Below are positions 8,669 to 19,494 of a DNA stretch of 64,000 bases, piece by piece. This stretch comes from a virus (Duplodnaviria; Heunggongvirae; Uroviricota; Caudoviricetes). The notes beneath the pieces were generated by a model. The model did not search any database, had not been told where the DNA came from, and saw only the letters and a list, made by a program, of their open reading frames with translations. Location of the stretch: IMG/VR virus record IMGVR_UViG_2778261087_000003. One strand, given 5' to 3'. Every line of letters begins with the position of its first letter. Positions within the stretch are counted from its first letter, which is position 1. Made by a program: the position numbers and the translations under genes.

Positions 8669-10153
8669 TTATTCATTAAGCCATGCCAGAGCTTCATCAA
8701 CCTGCGCTTCGTCTTCGACGCTAAGCACTTCATCCTGGGGAACATAATCCGCCAGCATAGCGAAACAATATGTATCCCAATGGTCTGGTGAGTGCAGGTT
8801 GAGTTTTTTCTTCATATCCTCCTTACTCATCACCTTCCATTGACCGGCGGAGTTAATCCCTACAGGGATTTTCGACGCTTCCTCAATAGTTTCATTACCC
8901 TTATCCAGTCTCATACGACCTGATTTTACGGCCTCTGCGGCTTGAACGTTGGCATAAGCACGTTTATCAAAGTACAGGCTCTTATCTTCACGGCTATGCA
9001 TCTTTTTACCCCAGCGTATACGCTGTACGGTAATACCATAATACTCGTACATCAGATCCGCCGTTGCTTTACCCAGCCCATCGCCGTCTATCGCTATGGT
9101 GATATTTGGGAATCGCTCAGGATTACATTCTGCGAAAATTTTGGCGGCAAGCTGCGTTTCTGTAACGTCTGTGTATTCCAGCATTCGATAGTTGATTACA
9201 CGGCGTTTATTTCTCTGGCCGGACACCATCATGATATTGATAACGGACTTATCCCGTCCCGTACCACCAGCAACGTCCACACATGCAAGCCAGCCCCATC
9301 CTTTGGCAATCTTGACTTTCCGCCGCGTCGCACGTTCAACCTCATCACGTCCAAGAAGGAAGCCATCCTGTGATTTAGGGAATAGTCCGCGTACCTTAAT
9401 CATGTACATAGGGTTATCACGCCCGCCGTACTCCGCCAGCTTCATTTTGATAAATGCTGGCGTTACCAGCGGTGATTCCTCACTGTTAAGCGTGATCGCC
9501 GTATAAACGCCATCAGGGTTACCAGGACGCTTGGCCAGTTTATGGTGAGTATCGTAGAAATAGCCGCTTGGGCGTGTAGGCTGTGACAGTAATAAGATGC
9601 GGTTATCCTGTCCGGTAAGAGCACCGGTGATGATACCGAAAGCTCTATCACTGACACCGGAGGCTTCATCGATAATATACAGAAGATGATCTGCGTGTTC
9701 ACCGGCGAGAGCTTCTTCACTTCCCAGACGAAAGCCCTTCGGTACTACAGTCCATACACCTTTACCAGTAACCTCATAGAAAGCGGTTTCTGTCAGAACA
9801 AAATAATCAGCAAGCCATGGAAAACGGCTGGTGGCAGTAGCCCAGTTTATCTTGATGTACTTGAATATACCGGTCATTACCTGCTGAATTTTGTTCGCAA
9901 CGATAATGGCGCGGGCACCGGGATACATGATTATGAACAACATGATCATGATAGAAGTCATGTCTGATTTCCCGGTACCGTGACCAGACGAAACAGATGT
10001 CTTGCTGCCCTGTTCCTGCACAGACTCAATAATCAGATCCTGCTGCCAGGTAGGTGTTTTGCCGAACAAAACATCAGCGGCAGCAATCCAGTCATAACGA
10101 TATAGCGCCACCAGCTCGCGCCAACGTGGATCCGTTACGCAACTTCTGGCCAT
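8669..10153 (-). CDS. pacB: terminase large subunit PacB
   Basis: 494 aa; Walker A GHGTGKS; start overlaps the pacA stop. Confidence 0.9.
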   Translation of the reverse strand: MARSCVTDPRWRELVALYRYDWIAAADVLFGKTPTWQQDLIIESVQEQGSKTSVSSGHGTGKSDMTSIMIMLFIIMYPGARAIIVANKIQQVMTGIFKYIKINWATATSRFPWLADYFVLTETAFYEVTGKGVWTVVPKGFRLGSEEALAGEHADHLLYIIDEASGVSDRAFGIITGALTGQDNRILLLSQPTRPSGYFYDTHHKLAKRPGNPDGVYTAITLNSEESPLVTPAFIKMKLAEYGGRDNPMYMIKVRGLFPKSQDGFLLGRDEVERATRRKVKIAKGWGWLACVDVAGGTGRDKSVINIMMVSGQRNKRRVINYRMLEYTDVTETQLAAKIFAECNPERFPNITIAIDGDGLGKATADLMYEYYGITVQRIRWGKKMHSREDKSLYFDKRAYANVQAAEAVKSGRMRLDKGNETIEEASKIPVGINSAGQWKVMSKEDMKKKLNLHSPDHWDTYCFAMLADYVPQDEVLSVEDEAQVDEALAWLNE

Positions 10154-11346
10154 TAATCATCATCCCCGTATAGCTTGCGGGTAACTTCTTCGTCTTCCTC
10201 CTCGTCTTCGTCCAGGTCTTGTTCCAGCCATGGGTCGTTTGATACACCTTCAGTATCAACATCTCCATAACCGCCTGTATCAACGATATCGGCGATTTCT
10301 TCCCTACGCTGCTCAATCCACAATGCGGCATCGGCGCGGCGGTTGGCGGCCCGTTCTCGCGCAACTTTGTCCAGATCTTCAAGAGAAGGGCCACCGACGG
10401 CTGTTTGCCTTTCCTCATCATCGGTATTGGTCTTAGGAGCACGCAGATCGGCTTTGATTTGCTCCAGCATCAGGGGCGGCACTTTTCCGCCATGCGCCTC
10501 GATGAATTCAGCTGCTTCCAGCACTGACCAGTTATTTTCACGCTTTCGTTCGTATGCCAGCTTAACAATGCCAGCTTGCCCCATAGATAAAGCGTGCTTT
10601 TCCGCCTCCCGGCTTTCTTTTCGATAGTTATTCCGGATGCTGTAAATGGTGTTGATCAGGCTGCTTATCTGCGCGGAACAGCTGTTTAGCATGCTCGCGA
10701 TACGATATTCAGGCGGAGTCCCTTCATCATCGTCTTTTTGCTGATCGCGCATTTCCTGCACCAGACGAATACACGTATCCCTGGCATTCTCCAGCATAAG
10801 GAGATGAGAAAGAGACTTTTCCAGAAGAGTGGTTTCCAGAACATCGGCCCCGGACCGACGCAACATAGCGCGCGCAGCCTTCCGCGCTTCAACGTTATCT
10901 ATCAGGTAATCGCCAGCTTCGAATTCAAAGCGTTCACCATCATCATCCAGGGTGTCGCGTTCCAGGCGATCACGTAAGGTCCGGTGGGCGCGGGTGATCA
11001 CGTCATGATCATCAGAACGATCATTTATGCGCTTATTTTGGCGCTTCGCATTCTCGACTGCGGCACTGACAACGGCATTAACCCTTTGTTTTTCCGCTAT
11101 TTCAGCCACAATGTGATCACCTGCATGTTGATCATTAGAGTGATCAATGATCATGCTTTTTAGTGGCTTCCTGACTGGCTTATTTGGCTTGCGGCTGTCC
11201 GCTGCCCTGGTGTCTTCTTTGAAGGCACGGAGATAACGACGTGCAGTATTAGGGTTAAGATTAAACTCGGCGGCATACTGTGCGATGGTGTAACCACCAT
11301 CTCGCGCCAGGCGAGCAAAATTCTTCTTGTGATCGTCCCAGGTCAC
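10153..11346 (-). CDS. pacA: terminase small subunit PacA (contains the pac site)
   Basis: 397 aa; N-terminal HTH-like region, acidic C-terminus; pac hexamer clusters lie inside the ORF. Confidence 0.85.
   Translation of the reverse strand: MTWDDHKKNFARLARDGGYTIAQYAAEFNLNPNTARRYLRAFKEDTRAADSRKPNKPVRKPLKSMIIDHSNDQHAGDHIVAEIAEKQRVNAVVSAAVENAKRQNKRINDRSDDHDVITRAHRTLRDRLERDTLDDDGERFEFEAGDYLIDNVEARKAARAMLRRSGADVLETTLLEKSLSHLLMLENARDTCIRLVQEMRDQQKDDDEGTPPEYRIASMLNSCSAQISSLINTIYSIRNNYRKESREAEKHALSMGQAGIVKLAYERKRENNWSVLEAAEFIEAHGGKVPPLMLEQIKADLRAPKTNTDDEERQTAVGGPSLEDLDKVARERAANRRADAALWIEQRREEIADIVDTGGYGDVDTEGVSNDPWLEQDLDEDEEEDEEVTRKLYGDDD
10995..11153. other. pac packaging site
   Basis: Two clusters of Dam-methylatable TGATCA hexamers (10995-11023 and 11114-11153) flanking about 90 bp, as described for P1 pac. 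Confidence 0.8.
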
Positions 11347-11431
11347 TTATGCTTCCTTTCGTAAAAACTCTTTTTGACGCGAGGGTAACGAAAGTCACAT
11401 GTCAAAAGGCCCGGAACGGGCAAGCAATCAA

Positions 11432-11884
11432 TCAGATACGTGCGGATGTGGCATTACCGTAATGACGGTGCTGACGGGCCACCTTATTGAAAAGTTGACG
11501 CGCCATTACCCAAGGCTGGTGCTCCCGGCGTTCCTTTTCGTCCTGCGTCATATAGAGTTCGTTCTGGAGTTTTTCATCAAACCGGCGCGGAGCGCGGCTA
11601 CGGCGAAAGAATTCAGGATTCAGAGAGTGGATCTGAAATCTACGTGGGCGTGTACTGTCATCAATCAAAACAGACGAATACTTAGACACAGCGATAGCCT
11701 TTAAGCGCAGATAAACATCGCGCTTATCGACATCCAGATGCGGGTATTCCTTTTCAAGAATTGCTGCGAGTTCTTTCGCTGATAGAAGAGATTTAGTGCG
11801 GATCATGTAATCCGCAATCTCGTACGATGTTATTCGTGAGTGATTTATTTCCATGAAGTGGCGTCCCTGCCAGTTAAGTAACAT
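11432..11884 (-). CDS. lpa: Lpa-like late promoter activator
   Basis: 150-aa ORF upstream of pacA with a C1 operator in its promoter region; size and position as P1 lpa. Confidence 0.6.
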   Translation of the reverse strand: MLLNWQGRHFMEINHSRITSYEIADYMIRTKSLLSAKELAAILEKEYPHLDVDKRDVYLRLKAIAVSKYSSVLIDDSTRPRRFQIHSLNPEFFRRSRAPRRFDEKLQNELYMTQDEKERREHQPWVMARQLFNKVARQHRHYGNATSARI

Positions 11885-11954
11885 CCTGTCACCTACTGAT
11901 TAGCCCATGTCAACTAATCAACGTGGAATATAATACCCTCGATTAAAGAAATAG

Positions 11955-11971
11955 CAATACATTAGAGCAAT
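11955..11971. promoter_or_regulatory. C1 operator upstream of the lpa-like gene
   Basis: Minus-strand reading ATTGCTCTAATGTATTG. Confidence 0.55.
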
Positions 11972-11972
11972 T

Positions 11973-13016
11973 TTATCTAACGCTCGACGAGTGACTTGTG
12001 ATAGCGCCGACTCCAAGCGCGTAATCAAAGAACAATCGTTGATGCATCGCCAGCCTACCGTGCGTCTTCTCCCAATTATCGCGGTCACGCTCAATATCAC
12101 GCTGGCATGACTGGCACAGAGGAATTGCGTAAATGTCATGCGCGCATAATCGACTATGACGAACGATATAAGGCGTAATGTGAGCGCCAGCTCCCGCCGC
12201 TCCACACCCACAGCATGGACGGGAAGCAACAAAGTCCATGTACTCAGGTAATTTTAGCGATTGCAGTTTTGGTATTTTGAAATGCGCCATGCCAGGGTCG
12301 GAGTCAACATCCACAGGGCATACTTTTGCACGCATCGGCGCGGCGCGTTCTTCCATCATCTGAACATATGCTGTAGCGCGATCGTCATACGGGCGAATAT
12401 CCGCCTCTTTCAGAGGTCCGCTATCCTGCGTTGCGGCTTTCATCTTATTTATTGATATACGGCAAACTTCTTCCGGCATCAGGTGCATCATGTTGCGCAT
12501 GAAAGCCCACCAGCACAGTTCCTGAATACTTAAATCATGGCCATCTGAAAGCCCCATTTCCTGACGGGCGACATCCAGTATCCAGTTAACGCGATTATTA
12601 TGCAGCGTTTCTTTCAGCTCATTAAAACCACGCATCCGGTAATGGTTATCGTGATGCCAGCACAACAACACCGCGCTATTGTCTCGTTCTGCGTGGACAA
12701 TATGGTTGTCACACCAGCTACGATCTGCGGCCTGGCATTGCCCCTCTTTCCTGCGCAACCACGCCACCAGCGCGTCAATTCCACCAATACGGCGAAACAG
12801 TTCATCGCTGTTAAAAAACGGCTGCAACGCCTCATTTGTTGCCATAGTTTGCTCGGAAACAACGAGGCCGTCGTCCATGTGCTCGATTAACTCACGCGGC
12901 ACCGGCTCCATAATAAATTTACGGCCAGCCTCCACCAGCTTTCTGACTTCCTGATCCACTTTGAATGTGGCGACGCCAAGCTCTTTTTGTACAAAGGGAG
13001 TAATTACGGCTTTCAC
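11973..13016 (-). CDS. PdcB-like protein (post-doc gene) with C-terminal Cys/His cluster
   Basis: 347 aa; CCGCG...H...C...H...CQSCQ cluster near the C-terminus; position downstream of doc. Confidence 0.5.
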   Translation of the reverse strand: MKAVITPFVQKELGVATFKVDQEVRKLVEAGRKFIMEPVPRELIEHMDDGLVVSEQTMATNEALQPFFNSDELFRRIGGIDALVAWLRRKEGQCQAADRSWCDNHIVHAERDNSAVLLCWHHDNHYRMRGFNELKETLHNNRVNWILDVARQEMGLSDGHDLSIQELCWWAFMRNMMHLMPEEVCRISINKMKAATQDSGPLKEADIRPYDDRATAYVQMMEERAAPMRAKVCPVDVDSDPGMAHFKIPKLQSLKLPEYMDFVASRPCCGCGAAGAGAHITPYIVRHSRLCAHDIYAIPLCQSCQRDIERDRDNWEKTHGRLAMHQRLFFDYALGVGAITSHSSSVR

Positions 13017-13043
13017 ATCACACCTTTCATCACTGATTGGGCT

Positions 13044-13244
13044 TTATCTGCTGCCCGGCATTCTCTGTTTAAGCACAACCATTTCCTGACGGCATAACAC
13101 AGCAATAGCAGTCCTGGCTCCAATTTGCTTACCAACCAGGTATTGCTTTACCTCGCGGCGACTCACGCCATCAAGAAGCATCTTTAACGCTTCACGGGAC
13201 AATTTGTTGTATTTGCGTGCCATTAATCTACTCCGCAGAACCAT
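13044..13244 (-). CDS. PdcA-like small basic protein
   Basis: 66-aa ORF downstream of doc, overlapping its 3' end in another frame. Confidence 0.35.
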
Positions 13245-13608
13245 ACAATCTACGTAACGTGTCGGCGACAGAAGATACAGATATCTCGCCAGTCGCAGCG
13301 CCTACAGTAAGGTCTGCCAGTTCAGGTGAATCAAATACCTGCACCCCGTTACGGCGTAGAAATAGCAGCGCGCTGTTTAGCGCGGTACGCTTATTGGCAT
13401 CATTGAATATATGCCCTCTCGCTGTAGCCACCAGGTAGGTGGCGGAGACTTCGAAAAGGTCGGTGATCTCTTCGTAGGCAACTCTGGCCTGAACTCTCCC
13501 GATAATGGCCTCTGCCCTGCCCGGATCTGACATGCCAGGCAGGCCGCCGTAGCGGCTTATATTCGCATCATGAAGCGCAATAAGTTCTTCCGGTGATATA
13601 TGCCTCAT
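13228..13608 (-). CDS. doc: Doc toxin (Fic-fold kinase) of the phd-doc addiction module
   Basis: 126 aa; Fic-type motif HIFNDANKR; start overlaps the phd stop by 1 nt. Confidence 0.95.
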
Positions 13609-13829
13609 TATCGGTTAACCAGTTCCTTGTTGGTGGAGTCCAGGGTGTCAAACAGGGATGCAAATTCAGCATCCAGCGCCGCTTTTTTGTAGGCTTCGAA
13701 AGTAGCCTTGCTGACAATTACTGCTGGCTCACGGCCTCTGCGGGTGATTTCAACCTCTTCCCCGGCTTCAACATTGTTGAGCACTTCAGAAAGGTTGCCA
13801 CGCGCGGTACGGAAGTTAATGGATTGCAT
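13608..13829 (-). CDS. phd: Phd antitoxin
   Basis: 73 aa from [17 protein letters not shown] (ORF track begins two codons earlier); immediately upstream of doc. Confidence 0.9.
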
Positions 13830-13901
13830 AAACACCTCGTGTACTCGTTATGTGTACACGATTATAAACTTCACAGGCATAAAGCACCAGCACTTTGCAG
13901 C

Positions 13902-14291
13902 TTAAATAACCGGACAATCATCAAATTCCCCACTTCGGGCATCATTGATGACATGAGTGATCACACCAAAAACAGCATTACTGCCCGTGTATCCATCGTC
14001 ATCTACTGGTAACGCCTCTTTCTTCCCGGTGCTTAAGTCCTCCAGGTGCTGGCGCGGATACTTCCTGTATCTCTTTATGCGATATTCACCCTCCATAGCG
14101 CACACAAGCAGAGAACCATCAACCGGAGTAAGCGAGGAATCAACCACCAGCAAAGCACCCTGCAATATTCCCTCACGGTGATGGCTATCAGCTGCCCGCA
14201 TGAAGTAGGTCGCTGAAGGATGTCTAATTATCTGCTGATCAAGAGAAATTCGGCTTTCAACATAATCCGCCGCAGGAGAAGGGAAGCCCAT
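13902..14291 (-). CDS. humD: HumD, UmuD-like S24 peptidase (SOS mutagenesis homologue)
   Basis: 129 aa, LexA/UmuD-like C-terminal domain; LexA box 19 nt upstream. Confidence 0.8.
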   Translation of the reverse strand: MGFPSPAADYVESRISLDQQIIRHPSATYFMRAADSHHREGILQGALLVVDSSLTPVDGSLLVCAMEGEYRIKRYRKYPRQHLEDLSTGKKEALPVDDDGYTGSNAVFGVITHVINDARSGEFDDCPVI

Positions 14292-14309
14292 AGCGTTTTA
14301 CCTCAATGA

Positions 14310-14329
14310 TACTGTTTATTCATACAGTA
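14310..14329. promoter_or_regulatory. LexA (SOS) box
   Basis: TACTGTTTATTCATACAGTA, a near-perfect CTGT-N8-ACAG palindrome upstream of humD. Confidence 0.75.
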
Positions 14330-14414
14330 TACATTGAAAAGGCATAGTTTGTGAAAGCGGGGTTTGTAGGCGCGCCACGCTGGGGGCTAATCACATTTCT
14401 CCCCCATCTTGCCG

Positions 14415-14666
14415 TTATTTTTTTGGTGCATCCTCGTTCTGATACACCGGATCGCTCCCTTTTGGCAACTGGAGGCTTAACTGCCGGTAGTGCCGTAGCC
14501 GTTCCATGAAATAGGCGCGCAGGTTTTCCGGTTGCTCACGGGCCACCTGCTCTGCAATCACAGGTATATTCAGCCGTTCTTTGTAAGCAACGCCGCTGGC
14601 GGCAAGGTCTACGTTCACCTTGTCTCGCTCTTCCTGGCTTTTAGCTGCTATATTTCGATCTGACAC
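14415..14666 (-). CDS. hot: Hot, homologue of DNA polymerase III theta subunit
   Basis: 83 aa; [43 protein letters not shown] resembles E. coli HolE theta. Confidence 0.8.
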   Translation of the reverse strand: MSDRNIAAKSQEERDKVNVDLAASGVAYKERLNIPVIAEQVAREQPENLRAYFMERLRHYRQLSLQLPKGSDPVYQNEDAPKK

Positions 14667-14698
14667 AAGAAACCTCCAGGAGTTAGTGGATCAGGCAC

Positions 14699-15049
14699 AT
14701 GCACAATAACGTTCTCAATGTTAGCCGTTCAATTCAGACAATCAGAGACTGCACCAGTGTGGTGGCATCAATCCCATTGCGGAACAGCATAGACGAACTG
14801 CAAATTCGTGTATTGAATCCGAATCAGGCTAATAAGCAATTGCGCTTTATTTTGACGCTGAAAAGTGAAACAGAGGGGATAAAGCACAGCGTAAAAGTGT
14901 TTTCTGAGGCCATTCTGCTTAATGGGAAGCTCCGGCATCTGGTAAGGCCAGAACGTCAATATCCTGACGTCCTGGCGCGTGAAAAAGACCTTCTTTCTGA
15001 AGTTCAGGATAGGGTGATCGATTTCGTCAAATGCTATCCCCTGCATTGA
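14699..15049 (+). CDS. hypothetical protein
   Basis: 116-aa ORF on the opposite strand to its neighbours; no motif recognised. Confidence 0.4.
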   Translation: MHNNVLNVSRSIQTIRDCTSVVASIPLRNSIDELQIRVLNPNQANKQLRFILTLKSETEGIKHSVKVFSEAILLNGKLRHLVRPERQYPDVLAREKDLLSEVQDRVIDFVKCYPLH

Positions 15050-15318
15050 GGGCAGGTGTTCCCTTCCGCAAAGTAGGGAAAATTGCTATCAAGTTCATCA
15101 CACCATCTGCGATGGTCGTAGCACCAAAACGCCTCCCACGGTGCACGGAAATACTTCATCCACCAGGACACTCGATCAGGTATATCTGCTGGTGGCAGTT
15201 CTTCTGGCAATAATTTGCCTGATAATTCCCTTTCCGCCCGCGACAGCATTTTTTTGAGGCTCGCGTTCTCTTTTTCAAGCTCATCTACGCGCACCTGTAA
15301 TTCAGCTTTCGTTGGCAT
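15034..15318 (-). CDS. hypothetical coiled-coil protein with C-terminal CxxC
   Basis: ORF track 15034..15399; likely start at Met28 (MPTKAELQ...) to avoid overlap with the upstream gene. Confidence 0.4.
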   Translation of the reverse strand: MPTKAELQVRVDELEKENASLKKMLSRAERELSGKLLPEELPPADIPDRVSWWMKYFRAPWEAFWCYDHRRWCDELDSNFPYFAEGNTCPQCRG

Positions 15319-16240
15319 GGTCCACCTCATGCTTTTCAGCCACCAGCGGCAATAAAGCCCTGGCCATCTTATGAACCAATAGTGCATCAATAATGCCAAG
15401 CGTATGCCCCGGCTTAATGTTTAATGCCGCCTCAAGGTGACACCTTTCCAGGTCACTTTTCTCGGCTTGTTTATGATGATCTGGTGTAATAACGTCGCCC
15501 AAAACACGGCTAATTCTTTCTCGTAATTGCTGGGTGCCAGCACACTTGATCGCTGTATCGTGGAGACGGTTAACCAGTTCGCGATAAACATGCGGCTTAA
15601 TGCGGATACGTTCACCGGTGACGCCCTTTCCTGGCGCTGGCACCGAACTATCCGGAATATCCGGATAGTTGCCAGCCTCGTAAGCTACCCACAGCCAGTG
15701 CATGAATGTTTCAGTGGACACACAACCACAGTCCACATCGATTTTCCCGCGTTGCTGTTCCAGCCATTGCCCAAAATCCAACCTGTAAGTCTTACTTTCA
15801 AGTTCATCACCATTGAACTCGACTTTCTGCGACGCTATGAGAGCTGATTCGTATTGTTCGCGAGTGACAACTGACTGGTATTCATCGCTATCAAGGCCAC
15901 CAATTGGAAGCTCAATCTCACAACAAAAATTGCGCCCAAAGAAAGTGTCTTTTTTGTGGTCTGAGCCAAAAGCAAAAGTCGCGCATGGTGCCATTAAATT
16001 GACACTGGGTAGGTAACAATAACTCATTCCATCAGGCCACCCGCCGCACTTAGGCAGCTCCTTCACTAACAAGTCGATAAGCTTCATTTTTTTATCATCT
16101 TTGCAAGCCGCCAAAGCCATTTGGGCAAGTGCCAATACTTCATCTGCCGTATATCCAGCACCGTGACCATACATTTCGATACGGGAAATAATCTCTGATA
16201 TACGCTCTTCAGTGATTCTGGTCATTTCTTTTTGCGCCAT
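15302..16240 (-). CDS. hypothetical protein (early operon)
   Basis: 312-aa ORF in the long leftward operon; no motif recognised. Confidence 0.55.
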   Translation of the reverse strand: MAQKEMTRITEERISEIISRIEMYGHGAGYTADEVLALAQMALAACKDDKKMKLIDLLVKELPKCGGWPDGMSYCYLPSVNLMAPCATFAFGSDHKKDTFFGRNFCCEIELPIGGLDSDEYQSVVTREQYESALIASQKVEFNGDELESKTYRLDFGQWLEQQRGKIDVDCGCVSTETFMHWLWVAYEAGNYPDIPDSSVPAPGKGVTGERIRIKPHVYRELVNRLHDTAIKCAGTQQLRERISRVLGDVITPDHHKQAEKSDLERCHLEAALNIKPGHTLGIIDALLVHKMARALLPLVAEKHEVDHANES

Positions 16241-16596
16241 TTCTTTTCACATTCCTTAGTCCATTTTTCAATGTTCATTTTGGCAATATCGGTCATTCCA
16301 TCACCTAAGAAATACTTTCTCCGGTATGTCTTGCACTTAAACCACACTACAACAGCCACCAGCCAGAAAATAAAAGGCCATACAGCAATACCAACGACTG
16401 CCGCGATAAAGCTCAATATCCATAAATGAAGCTCTCCAACTTCTGTTTCCGGCAATATTCTTAAAGAATTAAACAGTAGGCTGAACGCATGGTCGTATGC
16501 ATTGGCAGTATAAGACATGCAATCCATATAATTAAAGTCATAGCCTGCGGCTGCCGCCCATAATGGGCGGTCAAGAAAATGTTTTAGTGTCATCAT
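16222..16596 (-). CDS. hypothetical membrane protein
   Basis: 124 aa with a hydrophobic stretch WILSFIAAVVGIAVWPFIFWLVAVVVWF. Confidence 0.5.
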   Translation of the reverse strand: MMTLKHFLDRPLWAAAAGYDFNYMDCMSYTANAYDHAFSLLFNSLRILPETEVGELHLWILSFIAAVVGIAVWPFIFWLVAVVVWFKCKTYRRKYFLGDGMTDIAKMNIEKWTKECEKKWRKKK

Positions 16597-16602
16597 ATAA
16601 AT

Positions 16603-16896
16603 TTAAGGTTCAGACCAGTTATCTTCAATAGCAATGCTTAATCTTTGTAGCCATTCTGCTAATTTCAGCATTGCTTCTCTTTCGCTTAAACCACGAGGAA
16701 AATCATCAAGCGAAATTGTTGGCTTGAAGCCCCCGTAATTATCCATTTCAACTGTCAGATTTTGCTCCAGCACGGTATTCCTTACGCGGCTATTGTGCCG
16801 AAGCAAATATACTGAACGTGATTTATTGGTTTTGTGGTCGAACGTATATTCGGTAAGTATCATCTGACTTCCGCCATGATTATTACCGCGCCACAT
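16603..16896 (-). CDS. hypothetical protein
   Basis: 97-aa ORF, operon context. Confidence 0.45.
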   Translation of the reverse strand: MWRGNNHGGSQMILTEYTFDHKTNKSRSVYLLRHNSRVRNTVLEQNLTVEMDNYGGFKPTISLDDFPRGLSEREAMLKLAEWLQRLSIAIEDNWSEP

Positions 16897-16919
16897 AATT
16901 ACTCCGTGTTAATTGAAAT

Positions 16920-17222
16920 TTAGCTATTAATCTTCACTTTTATCGCGAACACCTTTACCGGTTTATCACCGAAGTGTGGATGTGTGATTGTTTTTATTTC
17001 ATATCCGTTATACGGGACGTCAATTCTGCGACTGAAGTCTTCGCGCTTCGGATATCCCTTTGTGATAATCAGGCGGTAATACTTACGGTTAACGAGGCGC
17101 TTATTCCAGTAGTCATTACACAGGCGATACTCTTCCGTTTTCTCCCCGCGAATCATGGCATCGAAGTATTCACCTTTAACGGCAAGTTGCAGGTTAGCCA
17201 TTACCTCACCTCCAGTCTCCAT
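16920..17222 (-). CDS. hypothetical protein, ASCH/PUA-like motif
   Basis: 100 aa; GEYFDAMIRGEKTEEYR resembles the ASCH domain signature. Confidence 0.45.
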   Translation of the reverse strand: METGGEVMANLQLAVKGEYFDAMIRGEKTEEYRLCNDYWNKRLVNRKYYRLIITKGYPKREDFSRRIDVPYNGYEIKTITHPHFGDKPVKVFAIKVKINS

Positions 17223-17533
17223 ACCGCCTGACCAATCCGGCTGGCATAGGTATCTTTGGATACTGTTCCGTCTTTAGCCATCTCCATAAGAATTTTGCGC
17301 AAATCTGCCGAACGCCATTCTTCATCAGGAAATTCCTTCTCCATTGCCAACCGCAGACTCCAGGTTGCCATCCTGAATGGATATTCCCCGCCGAGAACTT
17401 TCTCTTGCAGGGCTGCACGGGAACGCATCACCTGCAAAATCTTCTCTTTCACATCCATCATTTCACCTCCTGCGGCGGTTCCGGTAGCGGCATCCAGTGT
17501 GATGGTATCCACGACGCACCAGGTATTACCCAC
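17201..17533 (-). CDS. hypothetical protein
   Basis: 110-aa ORF; likely true start at the MMDVKEK Met pair, forming an ATGA overlap with the upstream stop. Confidence 0.45.
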   Translation of the reverse strand: MGNTWCVVDTITLDAATGTAAGGEMMDVKEKILQVMRSRAALQEKVLGGEYPFRMATWSLRLAMEKEFPDEEWRSADLRKILMEMAKDGTVSKDTYASRIGQAVWRLEVR

Positions 17534-18018
17534 CCATCATTAGCGTCAGGATGCCCCGGGATGTAAGTCGCCCATTTCATTCGCCAGTCACCTTTCCTGT
17601 CAAACTCCCTGGCAACAAGAACGGCTGTTTTGGTATCCGGCATTCGCTCACTACAGCTTATCCAGCCATCCGGAGTTACCGGAGAGTTGCCATTTACATC
17701 GAAGTTTGGCTCTGCGTCCTGAACCAGGAGGATGTAACCATTCTTGGCTGTATCAAGTTCTAACGCCTCGGTGACGGTGCCGAAATAGCGATTACCTAAA
17801 TCAGCATCACAAGTGCTTACATCAATGGAAACTTCCATGCCTTCGATTAATTCTGGTAAGTTGTAAGTTTGGTTTACAGGCTCTGCTTCCAGCGATGCCA
17901 GAGCAATTCGTGCCAGTTCTTCCGCTTCTTCTGCTGGCAGTACAACGTTGCTACCCGGTCCGTATGTTTCGCGCCACTGCTTGATTGTCAGCAGTCGCTC
18001 TTTGGTAATAGTGATCAT
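17458..18018 (-). CDS. hypothetical protein, paralogue of 18893..19255 (shared N-terminal domain)
   Basis: N-terminus MITITKERL...ELARIALASLEAEPV is shared with the 120-aa ORF at 18893..19255. Confidence 0.55.
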   Translation of the reverse strand: MITITKERLLTIKQWRETYGPGSNVVLPAEEAEELARIALASLEAEPVNQTYNLPELIEGMEVSIDVSTCDADLGNRYFGTVTEALELDTAKNGYILLVQDAEPNFDVNGNSPVTPDGWISCSERMPDTKTAVLVAREFDRKGDWRMKWATYIPGHPDANDGWVIPGASWIPSHWMPLPEPPQEVK

Positions 18019-18602
18019 GCCGCGTTTCCTTCTTTCTTATTAACAATTACACCGTCATATATTTCATTAAGGTGCCCTCTCAACTCCATGCGCCTTAATG
18101 CAGATAACATGTAATCGCATTCAACCTGCTTATTTCCAGTAAATGGCTTATCGTCAGGATTACCCCAACAGCAATTACCCTTGGGCCACCCATGTACTTT
18201 CCGTACTCTTCCGTTAACAACGTGAAGTAATCCCCAGCCAGGTGGTAAATCCTCAACTGAAATAATTCCCGGCTCACTAATAAAGAATCGCCAGTCGCCC
18301 ATTCCAAGAGATGGATTTTTACGAAAACGCTTTTTTCTATCTGCCAACAAGTCAGCACGAGAACACTTCGCCTCTATCAGGCATGATGCTGAATTTCTGA
18401 ATCCCATAGCATCTGGCTGTTCTCCGGTACTGGTTACAGCTATAAAGCGGTCATGAAAACAAACCTTGAACCCGTTGCGCTTAAGGAACTTATACGCAAT
18501 CTGACAGAGTTCGCGGTGTGTTAACGCCATATCACTCTCCTTTAGTGCGCAAGTGGTTTTTCCAGCGGTTTTGCGCCGCGCTGGGCTTTTTGCAAAAACC
18601 AC
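18015..18602 (-). CDS. hypothetical protein, possible PD-(D/E)xK-type nuclease
   Basis: 195-aa ORF (possibly starting at Met25, 18530); D...EAK-like motif (CLIEAKCSRADL); weak assignment. Confidence 0.45.
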   Translation of the reverse strand: MVFAKSPARRKTAGKTTCALKESDMALTHRELCQIAYKFLKRNGFKVCFHDRFIAVTSTGEQPDAMGFRNSASCLIEAKCSRADLLADRKKRFRKNPSLGMGDWRFFISEPGIISVEDLPPGWGLLHVVNGRVRKVHGWPKGNCCWGNPDDKPFTGNKQVECDYMLSALRRMELRGHLNEIYDGVIVNKKEGNAA

Positions 18603-18892
18603 AATCCATCATCCCGTAATATTTCATCAACCCCATCCGTCGGTTGCTGAGTCTCACCCACTGCCAGACGCCAGGAGCGTTTCTACGAACTAACAGAATC
18701 TTTGCTTTACGGTTTTTCATCGCTTTGCTCTCCTGCGTCTCTTTGCTGCTCGTCGTGCCGCTGCAATACCGGTATGGCGGCGCTTTGGTGCCGGGATGAT
18801 GTTGTCAGCCATCAGGACATGTGGCTTTGCAATTAGCGCAGAAGCCCAAAAACGAGTCGGGTACGGTAACAAGCCGAAAAATGCCACACGCA

Positions 18893-19255
18893 TTACTCAT
18901 CTCCCTTACCCTGAAGCATGGCAGCGCGGCAGGCGTTCCAGCCATCAACATAATCAAACGTATTGCTATCGTCTGGCTCGATTTCATCCGGCACTACCGG
19001 CTCTGGTTGGATAGTGACGTTGGCAAAGGCAGCACGCAAACCGGCCTTAATTTCCTCTACTTCATCAGCGCCTAGCGATGAATCTGACAATGCGTGATGG
19101 AATGCGTAAGCCATGTCGTCGTTTACTGCAACCGGTTCGGCTTCCAGTGATGCCAGCGCAATTCGTGCCAGTTCCATTTGTTCGCCACGGGTAAGCCCGT
19201 TATCAAGCGGATTTTTAATGAATAATTCGATACGTTCTTTGGTAATAGTGGTCAT
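18893..19255 (-). CDS. hypothetical protein, paralogue of 17458..18018
   Basis: 120 aa; shares the MxTITKERI...LARIALASLEAEPV N-terminus. Confidence 0.5.
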   Translation of the reverse strand: MTTITKERIELFIKNPLDNGLTRGEQMELARIALASLEAEPVAVNDDMAYAFHHALSDSSLGADEVEEIKAGLRAAFANVTIQPEPVVPDEIEPDDSNTFDYVDGWNACRAAMLQGKGDE

Positions 19256-19494
19256 TTGTTAATCCTCAAAACTTTATGCCCGGGCGCAAAAGCACGTGTT
19301 TTGTCTTTACTTATTCGCCACCCGTCTTTACGGGCCTCTTTTGCACAACCAGACCATGACGTACCGATATACTCACCGAAGTCTGGCACTGGATATACAC
19401 CTTCCGTACACTGGCGGCAGTCACAATAGAGATGCATGGTGTAACTTGCAGCGATAGCCATATCACTCTCCTTTGATGCGAATGCCTGTTGCAA
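19252..19494 (-). CDS. hypothetical Cys-rich small protein
   Basis: 80-aa ORF with a CDCRQC cluster; probably starts at the internal Met (19461). Confidence 0.4.
   Translation of the reverse strand: MQQAFASKESDMAIAASYTMHLYCDCRQCTEGVYPVPDFGEYIGTSWSGCAKEARKDGWRISKDKTRAFAPGHKVLRINK

Noticed and set aside
8942-9967. Plus-strand ORFs (143, 104 and 93 aa) inside pacB
   Set aside because: Shadow ORFs antisense to a well-supported terminase gene.
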